64,000 bases of DNA from NCBI GenBank assembly GCA_050273025.1, contig CP158636.1, positions 9,424,001 to 9,488,000 of the forward strand, read 5' to 3'. A program made the translations under genes and the position numbers. A model generated the notes under the pieces. That model was not told where the DNA came from and ran no database searches. It was given only the letters and a program-made list of their open reading frames with translations. Below are positions 1 to 11,281 of this stretch, one piece after another. This stretch comes from Cenococcum geophilum. Its lineage: Eukaryota. The stretch's first letter is position 1; the number at the start of each line of letters is the position of its first letter.

Positions 1-457
1 CTTTCCTAGGCCTTAAGATGTGAAGATAGAAACAACCTTATATGCAGCTCTCTCTAAGGACAAGAAGGACGAGCTTTAAATTCTCCGTAAGAGGTATAAG
101 ATAGTAAAAAAGGAATATAAGAAGCAGAAGGCAGCCTTAACTTCTCTATAAAGCTATACCACCGGTATAGTAGCCAGACATCTAAACACCTATATACTGG
201 GTATTGACTTGGTATATAACATACTAGTGACTCTTAAGGAGAGGGTTGCCCCTACTAATACTACATATTAGCTCTACCTATCCACTTAATACGCTAAGGT
301 TAAAAAGGGCCCAAAGAATTAGAACTTTGAGGCCTGGTTATAGCAGTAGGAGAAGACGTACAACGACTATAAAAAGATTAAATTGTTAGACGTAGACGGC
401 GACTAAGCAATTAGAGACTTTCTACTAGCGGTAGAGCCAATATTACTAAATTAGGCC

Positions 458-2603
458 TTTTTTTTTTTTTTTTTATCCGTTGTATTATACTACGTACAAT
501 ACTGCGCATGCAGCCTCTAGGCTATGGCGCTATAGTTCTATATACATAAATCCTTTCTAGGCAGCTTAATATGTACTAGTAGCTATGTCCTAGTAGTTTA
601 TAAACCCCTAAATTAGGAGTTTATAGTTTCCTAGTAAAAATACTAAGATACTACAACTACTAGGGAATGAGAAAATGGTAAGAAAAACTGTAAGAAATCT
701 TAACCCCTATCCCTGTCCTTTTGCAATTTATTTCTATCCTTTTGCTCTCTACTATCTTTTAACCTAAAAGCCTAGTAGGAGTTACCTCCTTCTAGACTCT
801 TATTAATTTTATTCTTTCATAGAATCCTCTACGCTAGTACTATATACTAGTTTAGCTGCTCTAAGATTCTTACAGTCTCTGCTATTAGCAAAGTGTTTTT
901 CTTTACAATTAATGTAAAGAGGGGTAGTATGCTTGCAAGGCCTGCCGCTTATTAAGCAGGTAGGATAGTAATGGTCTTTAGATAGATGTGCAGCCGCATA
1001 ATATCTACAAGCCCTAGTAGAGCATCTGTCTCCTATATGGCCAAATTTTTGGCAGCTATTACACTGCGTAGTAGGAGAGACTTTGAGGTATTTTACTACC
1101 TTAGTAGCTGTACCTGCAATTGATATCTCTTTTTGCTTAAGGATTTCTTGTCTTTTTTCTTTATTCTCTATAGTAAAAACTATAGAGCCAAATCTGGTCT
1201 ATAGATTGTGTCTTTTTACACTAAATAAGATCCATCTAAGTAGTCCTTGTATCCTTATAGGATTAAAAGTCTCAATTTCTTCCTTTAGAAGCTTAGAGCC
1301 TCCTTCTCCTAAGAAAGGTAGGGTAGGAACCCTATAGGCTATAATTTAAACCCATGGTTCTAGTTTTTGTTCTCTTTAAAAGGTAAAGTAGTTATGCCAG
1401 ATTTCCTTATATTTGACTAGGAAATCTGCATTATACTCTTCCGTAGTCGTAAGGAGAATATTTTATTTTTCTTTAGTTCTAGCTATAGATGCTAAAACCG
1501 GTTTTTCTACTTGCAGTTTTAATGCAAATAGTTAATTAACTTTGTTTCGTATAGAGAAGGTATTTAAAGGTTGGTCCTTTTGGTCTATAATTAGGACTAG
1601 CTTTCTTTCTTATAGCTGCTTTTTCTTACTTCTAGTAGAAGTAGAAGGAGTAGGAAATGGTAGTGATGAGGAGGGTAGAGAGGACGAAGTAGGGAGGTCC
1701 TTTTTAGCCTCTCTGCGTAGGTTTCTTTAGTAGGGGCTACCTCCTTACGGAGAGCTCTTACTTCTTCAACTAGTCCTTTTAGGACATCTTTTGTCTTTTC
1801 TTTTCCTTTTATAAAGGGGTTTTCTCCTGCTAGGATACTACGTGTATAGTCCTCTAGCTGTTTAACTTATTCCTTTTTGTCTTCTTCTTCTTCTTCTTCT
1901 AGCCCTTTATAGGCCTGGATTAGGCTATCTAAAGCCTTTTATAGGTGTTGTTCTGGAGAAAGGGGAGAGAAAGATATACTAGGTATACCAGCCGTAAAAG
2001 TCATTAGTTTAGTTGTCTTTTTTGCAGGTTTTTGGTTTTCTTTTTCAGTAGAAGACTAAGGATGTCCTCTTTTTTCTCCTGTCCCAAATAGGCCAGGAGA
2101 AGGAGAAGGGCCAGAAAAGGTGAATATAGATATAGACTCATTATCACTTATTTCTATAGGAGGTTTCTTTTTAGGCCTACTGGGCCTTGGCATTGTGTCT
2201 CTTATAGGGGGGTTCCCCTAGTTTTTACTATCCTTATACCCTTTCTCCTTACTAATCCTACTAGAAGATTTCTGAGGAGATTAGGCTAAGAGGTAGTAGG
2301 GAAACTAGCCCCTATTTTATAGTTTTGGTATTGGTGGTATTAGTGGTAGTAGTAGTAGTTTTTTTAGTGTTCCTGTCCGTGCCTCGCTTATAAGCTAGGG
2401 CCACCCTTAGAGAAATTTTTCTATTAGGAGAAAGGGGGTAAAACGACAAATAAATCCACCTCTAGCTCGCTAGGCAGTAGGAATTAGGTCTTGAGAGTTA
2501 GAAAATCGATTGTTTTTGATGGTAAGATGGGTATGCGTAAGTTTTAGAGTGTGGCGCTACCTTTTGGTAAGGTTGCATGTGTGGTGAAGGTCATATAGTA
2601 GGC
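458..2603 (-). mobile_element. Non-autonomous LINE derivative carrying only ORF1 (gag-like), a 3' UTR and a poly(A) tail
   Basis: T17 run at 458-474 (poly(A) on the - strand). TSD CTAAATTAGGCC at 446-457 and 2604-2615. The minus-strand frame ~2193-809 has CCHC knuckles (QCNSCQKFGHIGDRC; CINCKEKHFANSRDC after RIP reversion) and ends …EDSMKE*. No APE or RT motifs. Confidence 0.85.
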
Positions 2604-4415
2604 CTAAATTAGGCCTTAACGGGGAGGGTTAAATTTAATAAATACGACTAGGCCAAGGACCATGTAATATCTATATATTAACTAGTTGACGTCTATTAGA
2701 ACTATTAATAATTAAAGACTACCTAGTAGAAGAATAGAGATTAGCTTAGCGCTAATATAGTAAGCTTCTAGGGCAAGCCAATTAATAAGGCTCCTAAGGA
2801 CGAGGCTCCTAAGAACAAAGCCCCAACTACTACCTCCAGAACGGCATAGAAGAAAGATACCCCAATGTGCTACTATGGAGCTATTTACTAGTTCTAAGAT
2901 TGTCCTTATATTAACAAGTTAGTTTAATTAAAGGACTGGAAATTAGATAAAGCGACGGCTAAGAAGGTTAAGGAAAAGATTGCTAACGCCCTAGAATGGC
3001 ATAAGCGAATACTAGAGAAGGTTAGGAAGTAGTTTTTAGAAAAGGAAGCTCTGCGGAGCCTAGATAAAAAGGAAGATAATAGTACCTTTTATATATATTA
3101 AATAGGCGCCTATAAAGCAGGCACTAACTATAAGCTACGCAATAGCGTAATCCTTAACAACGGAACCACTATACACGTCATTAACGATTAATTAAGGTTC
3201 GTTAACGAGCTCTAACTAAGTGATAACTTTGTATATGCCGGGACGGGTATAGATCTAGTTAAGGGTATAGGGACGGCGGCAATTACTATCTGGACACCAT
3301 TAGGTCCTAGAAAGATCTTCTTAGCTAACACAGCTTATATACTAGGTTTTTATACAAATTTAGCCTACCTAAGAAAGTTTAATAAGAAGGATATATAGTA
3401 GGACAATAAAACAAACCTATTATACAAAAACGATTATAAGACGTTTGCATATTGCGAACGCCATTGTGATTAATTAACCCTGAGGTGTAACAAGCTGCAA
3501 TTAAAGACCCTAAGTAAGGCCTCATTCGCAATCTAATCGTAAAACCCCCTTCCTAATTAGGAAGTAGCTAGCAGACTCTAGTATAAGAGACTGGGCTATA
3601 TAGAACCTAACGCGATCGAGCATTTACCCTAGAAAGTAGGTAGTGCAAAACTTCAAGGTCTAGTAACAATTGACTGCGAGACCTATGCTATTAGCAAGGC
3701 TTACGAGATTATATTAAGAAGACTACCTACTAGTAAGGTAACTAGACCCTTCTACCAAGTGCATATTAACTTATTTTTAGAGATTGTGGCGTATAACGGT
3801 TATATCTAGATAATATATTTCTATAATAAATTCCTGCATTTAAATAAGGTTAAGACCTTCGCCTATAAGTCGTTAACGACGTAAGTAATTATATAATACT
3901 TAAATAGGGTAGAACGTTAATATAACCTTAAAATCGCAATAATCTAAATTAATGGCAAAATGTTTTTAGGTAGTAAGTTTAACACCTAGAGGACCTAAAA
4001 AGGAATATTACTAGAGCAGTCGGCCCTATATATAAAGTCTTAAAACGGTTTTACCAAACATTCTAGGGGGGTAATTATTATTAAGTCTCGATGCATATGG
4101 ATTAAGGCTTAATTACTAGAAGAGATTTAGCTAGAAATCGTTAGGGCTATAGTATATTTAATTAATTAGACACTAAGCACCTAGCTTAGCTAAATAATAC
4201 CTTTTAAAAAGCTCTAGTTAGCACTAGGGCTTTCGCCATTAAAGCTAAATATAGCTCACCTATAAGCATACGGCTGTAGAGCTTACCCACTTAAATATAA
4301 TATCCTATATACACAAAAGCTTAAGCTAAGGGCTTATATTGGATACCTAGTAGGGTACTAGTTAATGAATATCTTTAGGGTTTATATACCTAGCGAAAAA
4401 AAGGTAATTTAAATA

Positions 4416-4845
4416 ACGTAATCTATAAGCCAGTGGTACTAACAAGCGAGTAGTACTACTCTAAAAACTTACCAAAAACCCCAAAAATTGTTCTTTTAAT
4501 ATCTTAACAACGGCTTAATAATAAATAAATAAAATTTAAAATTAGACTCTTTTACCTATTTTAAGACCTCTATTAAAGTTTTAAAGTAATTTAATAAGTA
4601 ATCCTTAAGATATAATATTTAGGCTTAAATTTAAAAGCTAAATCTTAATACACTAATAATAGCTAAACTAATTACTTTAAAACTTCAATAGAGGTCTTAA
4701 AATAGGTAAAAGAGTCTAATTTTAAATTTTATTTATTTATTATTAAGCCGTTGTTAAGATATTAAAAGAACAATTTTTGAGGTTTTTGGTAAGTTTTTAG
4801 AGTAATACTACTCGCTTGTTAGTACCACTGGCTTATAGATTACGT
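4416..4845. mobile_element. Fold-back MITE, Tc1/mariner (Fot1/pogo-like) termini
   Basis: Ends ACGTAATCTATAAGCCAGTGG…CCACTGGCTTATAGATTACGT, ~175-bp near-perfect inverted arms, TA TSD (4414-15, 4846-47). Removing it restores the copia integrase frame. Confidence 0.93.
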
Positions 4846-7147
4846 TAAGAGACGTAACATTTAATAAGCAATTGCTCTATAACAACAGTTAGCCAGATCT
4901 TGCGAATCTGCTCTAAAAACGCGCGGATTAAATTTTAGAGGTAATTAATGTATTAAATATCAATAGGACGCTTTAGGAAGAGCTTAATAAGACGTTAGAT
5001 AAGACGTTAGATAAGGAGGACGAGGTAAATATTAGTAGAAGTTAATAAGTAGATTCTAATAAAAATTAAGATTAAGCAACAGATTAAGATAATAACGTAA
5101 TCAGCCTATAAGCCTCTAAGGACAACTCTACACTAGGCCTCCCTACCCTAGCTAAGATGCTAGAGCCTTAATTAAATACTACTAATATAGAGCCGTTAAG
5201 TGCCTTAATTAAGCAAAAACCCAAATTTAGACTCGTTCCTAGAGAATAAGCCTATCTAAAATAGGAGATCTACGGCGATATAGGCGATATTAATATTATA
5301 ATAAGTAGAAGAACTAAGAAGCCCTTAATACGTTAAGAAGCTTACCTTATAGATATTAAGCAATTAGATACCCTTCCTGCCTTTTATAGAGCTTTTACTA
5401 CTAGAATTAAATATTACTAGAAGCGATTACACCGTAATAAGCTTCCATTACTACCTTAAAGCTAAAAGGAGCTTTAAGCTCACCCGTATAAAGATGGCTT
5501 TGCGGAAGCTGCTAATAAGGAATTTAGTAATCTTAAGCAGTGAGGGATATTTAAGACCGTTAAACGGATAGTGTCGCTTAACGTCTTACCTGTTACCTGG
5601 GTATTTACTTATAAGTTTAACACTAATAGATATCTAGTTAAATTTAAAGCCCGTCTTTATATATGAGGTAACTTATAATAACTTAGCAAAAAGGACACAT
5701 ATATAGCAACCCTTGCAGCAAAAATATTTAGGGCTATAATGGCAATTGTCGCTGCATATAATCTAGAGACTTGGCAGTATAATATAGCTAACGCCTTCGC
5801 GAACAGCCTTATTAATAAGATAGTTTATATTAAGTTTCTAGATAGCTTTTAACAGAAGGGTAGATATCTGCTCCATTAAAGATCTTTATACGGCCTCTAA
5901 CAATTACTACTGCTTTAGCTTAATAAGTTCTTAACTACCTTAATAACCCTAGGTCTAACGGTAGTTAATAAAGAATTATGCCTATTTTACAACGATTGAC
6001 TAATTATATTCTTTTACGTTAACGATATTATAGTAGCCTACCGCACAGAAGACCTACTAAAGCTTTAACTCTTTAAGGAAGAGCTAACAAAGAAGTATAA
6101 GATTAAGAACCTAGGAGAACTAACCTAGTTCTTAGGAATTAGAATCCTCCATAATTAACCTTAATAGAAGCTTTAGCTCTATTAAGATTCCGATATTAAT
6201 AAGATCGCCAGCACCTTCTATTTAAAAGATTATCGTCTAGTATATACGCTAATAAGTACGGACAATCTCTTGCCTAATCTAAAGCAGGCCTCTAAGCAGC
6301 AGGTCTATATATATTAGAGGAAGGTCAGCTTACTACTCTACGCCACCTACATTATACAACCTAACGTCACTTAAGCCTTAAGCAAGCTCGCAGAATTCCT
6401 TTGTAATCCGTTGCCCCTATATAAAGCCGTAGTTAATTAAGTAATTGCATACCTCTATTAAACGAGAACCCTAGCAATTGAATACTTAAATAGGAATATT
6501 AGAAGTTAGATCGTCGTCTATATAAGCAACGCTGTATTTGGCAATAATCCTATTAGTTAAAAGAGCACTAAAGGCTTTATATTTTTACTATTTAGGGAAG
6601 TAATTAACTAGCGCTCCACTAAGCAGAAGATAGTTATAACATTAAGTACTAAAGCTGAGCTTAAGGCTCTATTAAATGCAGCTACCGAATTAATTTAGTA
6701 GTAGCGCTTCTTTTAAGCTATATGACTCTACACAAATAAGGAGCATATAATTGGCTGCGATAACCTATAGATAATTTAACTGCTTACTAAGAACGGACCC
6801 CAATTAAACATAAAGCTTCGTCATATAAATATCTACTAGCATTAGCTTCGCCAAGAAGTTCAAAAGGGCTTAATTGTAATTAAGTGGGTCCCTACTACTA
6901 ATATAACGGCTAACGGTCTCACAAAGGCCCTACTAAGGCAGAAGCACGAAAGCTTCATATAACAACTGAATCTGATTAATATTAAGACCCTATTGTAGTC
7001 AGATTTGACTATACTATTTAACCTATTTGCACAATTTCCTTATCAAGTTCTTGCTTTTAGATGGTTTCTATTTAGTTCAACACCATAGATATTTCCTATT
7101 TAGGTATATCTAGCTAATCACCTACCAGTTAATTAGCTGGGGGGGTA

Positions 7148-7395
7148 TGTCGACCTAAATTAGGTTATCTTATTACCGACTCAGCAACCTCCCATTAACT
7201 TAGTCATTAACTCAGTCATTGACTCGGTCATTAACTCGGTCACCTACCCCTTGTTTCCATTGCCACCACCCTACCCCCTTCTCGTTCTCATTTCCTACAC
7301 CTTTCCTATGTATATATAGAGGCTCTAGAGCCACCATTCAATAGACAGAGTCATCATTCTTTTCTTACAATTGGTGCACGGACTACCGATCGACA
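7148..7395 (+). repeat. 3' LTR (248 bp) of the copia element
   Basis: TGTCGA…TCGACA terminal inverted repeat directly after the PPT; internal TATATATA. Confidence 0.88.
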
Positions 7396-8300
7396 GATAC
7401 TCTGCACGATGCTCTGCACAACGCTCTGCATCGAAGACTCTGCGTACGGAGGCTCTGCGTTTGGAGACTCTGCGTATAAGACTCTGCGTATGGAGGCTCT
7501 GCGTATGGAAGCTCTGCGTATGGAGGCTCTGCATATAGAGGCTCTGCATATGGAGGCTCTGCGTATAGAGGCTCTGCATACAAAGGCTCTGTATACAACG
7601 GTTCTACGTATAGGGACTCTGCGTACGGAGGCTCGGCATACGGAGGCTCTGTATATAGAGGCTCTGTACGAAGCTACGTACGCGGAGCCTCCGTATGCAG
7701 AGTCTTTATATGTAGAGTGTCGTGCAGAGCGTCGTGCAGAGTCTCCGTAGGTAGAGCTTCCATACGCAGAGCCTTCGCACGCAGAGTCTTCGATGCAGAG
7801 CGTCGTGTAGAGCGTCGTACAGAGCTTCCGTACGTAGAGCCTCCATACGTAGAGCCTTCGTACGCAGAGTCTCCGATGCAGAGTCTTCGATGCAGAGCAT
7901 CGCGCAGAGCGCCGTGCAGGGCCTCCGTACGTAGAGGCTCCATACGCAAAGCCTTCGTACGCAGAGTCTTTAATACAGAGCGTTATGCAGTACCTCTATA
8001 TACAGAGCCTTTGTACGCAGAGCCTTCGTACGCAGAGCCTCCCTTAAGCCCCCTTTTATAGAGCTTTGTGCAGGCGTCTGTTTATTAAGGTGTTCGTAGA
8101 GACGACCACAAAGGCGTTCGTAGAGGCGTTCGTAGAGGCGCTCGTAGAGATGCTCGTAAAGACAAGCGTTCGTACAGGCGTTCGTGCGAGCGTTCTCAGA
8201 GACTTCCTAGTATATTAATACTGTATATTAAAAGAGCTTTAGAGCTCCGTATAAAGCTTTAAGTAGAGCTTTGTATAGAGCTTCAGGTAGAGCTTTTGCA
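7396..8300. repeat. Inverted array of 15-bp and 12-bp degenerate tandem repeats
   Basis: Units GGAGGCTCTGCGTAY and GCTCTGCACGAY run forward to ~7670, then appear as reverse complements from ~7680 to ~8040. Related GCGTTCGTAGAG and AGAGCTT units continue to ~8300. Confidence 0.9.
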
Positions 8301-11281
8301 AGATTAAGACTAAGAATTTGATGTTCTGAAATTTTCGGATTTTGGGCGTTGGCGGTTTAGTACGTATGGCCCACTATAGGTAGTCGGTTACAGGTAGAGG
8401 TGTCGCTTTAGGGGGGGGGGGGGAGGGGTGTCGCTTAGGGGGTATCCTGCCAGGAACCTAATAGGACGATTAGGAAATACTAATTTCCTATTAAAAGCCT
8501 ATTAGGACAATTAGGAAATACTAGTTTTTTATTAGGGCCCTAATAGGACCCTAACAGGACCCTTATAGGATAATTACGAAAATCAAAAATCCTACTAGGA
8601 GCCTACTAGGAGCCTATTAGGACCTCTAGGACCTTTAGGACAATTAAAATCCTATTAGGAGGCCTCTAGGATCTTAGTACCCCAATAAAATGCTAATAAA
8701 TTAGTTATAAATAAAGTATCTATAGAAATTAGCAAAGCCTAAAAATACTTAAATATCCTAATAACTCTCTAGCTCTGGCCATTCTTAGATATCTATACCC
8801 GTACTAGTTCTATAACTACGCCTATAGGTATTATAATATAACCTAGAAACTTAATCTACTTAGTATTAAAGATATACTTTAACGCCTTAGCGTAGAGGCC
8901 CTAATTATCTAAACGTTCTAGTACTTTACGGATATATTACTTATACTAATTTTTAATTTTTAAGTAGATTAGGATATTATCTAAATAGATAATATATATA
9001 CGGTTAAATAGTCCCCTTAAGGCTCTATAAATATACAATTGGAATTTTATAGACATATTGGCTAGCCTAAAAGGCATTTCTAAATACTTAAAGTGGCCGT
9101 ATTAAGTATTAAAAGCGGTCTTTTACTTATCCCCTTTTTTAATACGGAGCCTATAATAAGTATTTTATAAATCTAGCTTTATAAAAATCTTCGCCCTAAA
9201 TAGTTAATTTAGTATTTTACTAACTAGTAGTTATAAGTAACAGTTCTTAATTATAATCTTATTAAGGCCGCGATAGTTTATACATAGCCTTATAGTTCTA
9301 TTTAGTTTTAAAATAAAAAGAATTAGTACGCCTACTAGTAACTTACTAGGTTAAATATACCCCATTTTTAGTAAACTATTAAGGTACTCTTATAGGATCT
9401 TAAGCTCTTTATAAGAGAGGTTATAAATAAAATTATTTAGTAGCTATTTACCTTTTTCTAGATTAATTATATAATTATACTCCAAGTTCTACGGTAGGAC
9501 TTTAGCTCTCCTACCTAAAAATACCTTTAGTAAGTCCCTTAGGCCTAATAAAATATTTAATAAATTAGGGTTGCGTTTATCCTTTATATTATTATTAGGT
9601 AGATCTTAGAGCTTCTTTAAAATGCTTATAGGCAGCGTTGCGCGCTATAGTGGTTACTTATATATAGTTGCTACTATACGTTATACCGTTTTATATAGTA
9701 GCCAATAGAGGGTAGGAAATTCTTTAACGTAGCGTTTAAGGTGCCGTAGTATACTCTTTGCGTATTACTTAAGCCAGAGTAACCTATAATAGTTAAAGTA
9801 TCTTATAAAATCTTTAAGATCGCCGCCTCCCTATAACATCTCTATAACCTATCCGGCTATTCCCTATAGGGTCTTTATTATAAAGGGGTTATTGCCTATA
9901 CTAGGCTTTATATCTATCTTACTATAAAATAGAGGTTAGATTTAATACTCTTTTAGGTATAAAGTATATATTATTTTGTCTAAAGCTATATCCTTTAGAA
10001 TATCTTTTAAGCTTATTAGTAATATACGCCCTTCCGATTTTTTATTATTCTACTATTTAAAGGCTCCTATCTTAAAGCGTATCTTAAGATTTACTTTTAT
10101 AAGCTAAAGGTATCTAAGAATAAAGATATAAGCTATAAAGTTAGCCGCCTAAAAGGGTTACGGGCTAACTACCTTAGTACGGTTATATATATCGGCTACT
10201 AACACTATAAGCTTATAGGCACTATATAGTTTAATCTAATACTTATCTAGGAAGCCTATAATAGGTTTCCGCCACTTTAGCAATAGGATAAGTTTATACT
10301 TCTTTACCAAATTATATTATATAAGATTAATTTTAGCGCTACTATTATATAGTGCTTAGAACTAACGCGTTTTACCTATAGGGAGTATTATTTCTAGCTT
10401 AATAGTAATATAGAGGGTCTTCCCTTCTATATCTTGCCCTAGTTATAGTTAGGAGACGTCCGTAACTAGGGCTTTTCTTTTTTTAGATTATTAGTATAAT
10501 TATCGCCTAACTTGTTCTTCTAATAAGATTTGCCTTTAGGGAAATTTCCTTTTAGCTTCTTAGAGTGTTCCTATAAGGGTATTAGACGGGTATTAGGTTA
10601 GTCTTAAAAGTCTTTCCTATTACTTAAGGCTTCTAACTTTAACCCTTCTAAAGACCTCTCCCTAAAAACGGCTTCTTTAAAGCTTAGGTCTACCCTATAT
10701 TACTATTAAAATACCTACGCTTTTAGTTACCCCCTAACTTCCTACTAGAAGAGGTCTAGTTCCTTACCACGTCCTTAGTATTTAGAACTACTTGTTTACA
10801 ATCCGTATATACAGTAATCCGCGGTAAAGCTTCTACGCGCTTTATTTTATTACAAATTACTAGCTTAATTTTAGCCTAAATAAATCTAATTTTTTCCTTC
10901 TCGTAAACGCTGCCGTCCTTATCCTTAAAGGGCTTTAAATTTATCTATTAAGCACAAGTTTCTATAAAGTTTATAAACTAATAAAAATCTTAACGGTTTA
11001 GCTATATACTATTTTAGAATTATTTTACGTTATTATATTATATAATATACGGATCTTAGGTCTAACCCTTTAGAAAGGTTTATAGCTATAGCCATATGAT
11101 AATTTACTCTTTATTAAGTTAATTAAGCGCAATCTACTTTAGCGATTAGTTTGTAATCTTACCAATAATTTAGCGTATACGCTCTCTAGTATTATCTTAT
11201 ATTATCAGCATTTTAAAGAAGTTATCTATCTTATAAACCTAATTATCTAAATACTAGGCGTTATGTCTATAATAAAGTTCT

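Larger units (their letters stand above)
1..7395 (+). mobile_element. RIP-degenerate Ty1/copia LTR retrotransposon; 5' end lies outside the window; interrupted by inserts at 458-2603 and 4416-4845
   Basis: After reverting RIP changes the domain order is gag, PR (ILDNGTTIHV ~3150), GAG-pre-integrase (LWHKRLGHI ~3575), integrase (…KKVIQTRDVTFDE ~4400/4850), RT (KFKARL ~5640; FFYVDDI ~6010) and RNase H (SSTEAEL ~6640; ADGLTKAL ~6910). A purine tract at ~7139-7147 precedes the 3' LTR. Confidence 0.93.

Noticed and set aside
7325..8061. Repetitive ORFs (MEALR…, YAEPP…) as real proteins, or the array as a CRISPR
   Set aside because: The ORFs are open in several frames on both strands because the units are 12/15 bp and stop-poor. 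There are no unique spacers or cas genes, and the context is eukaryotic.
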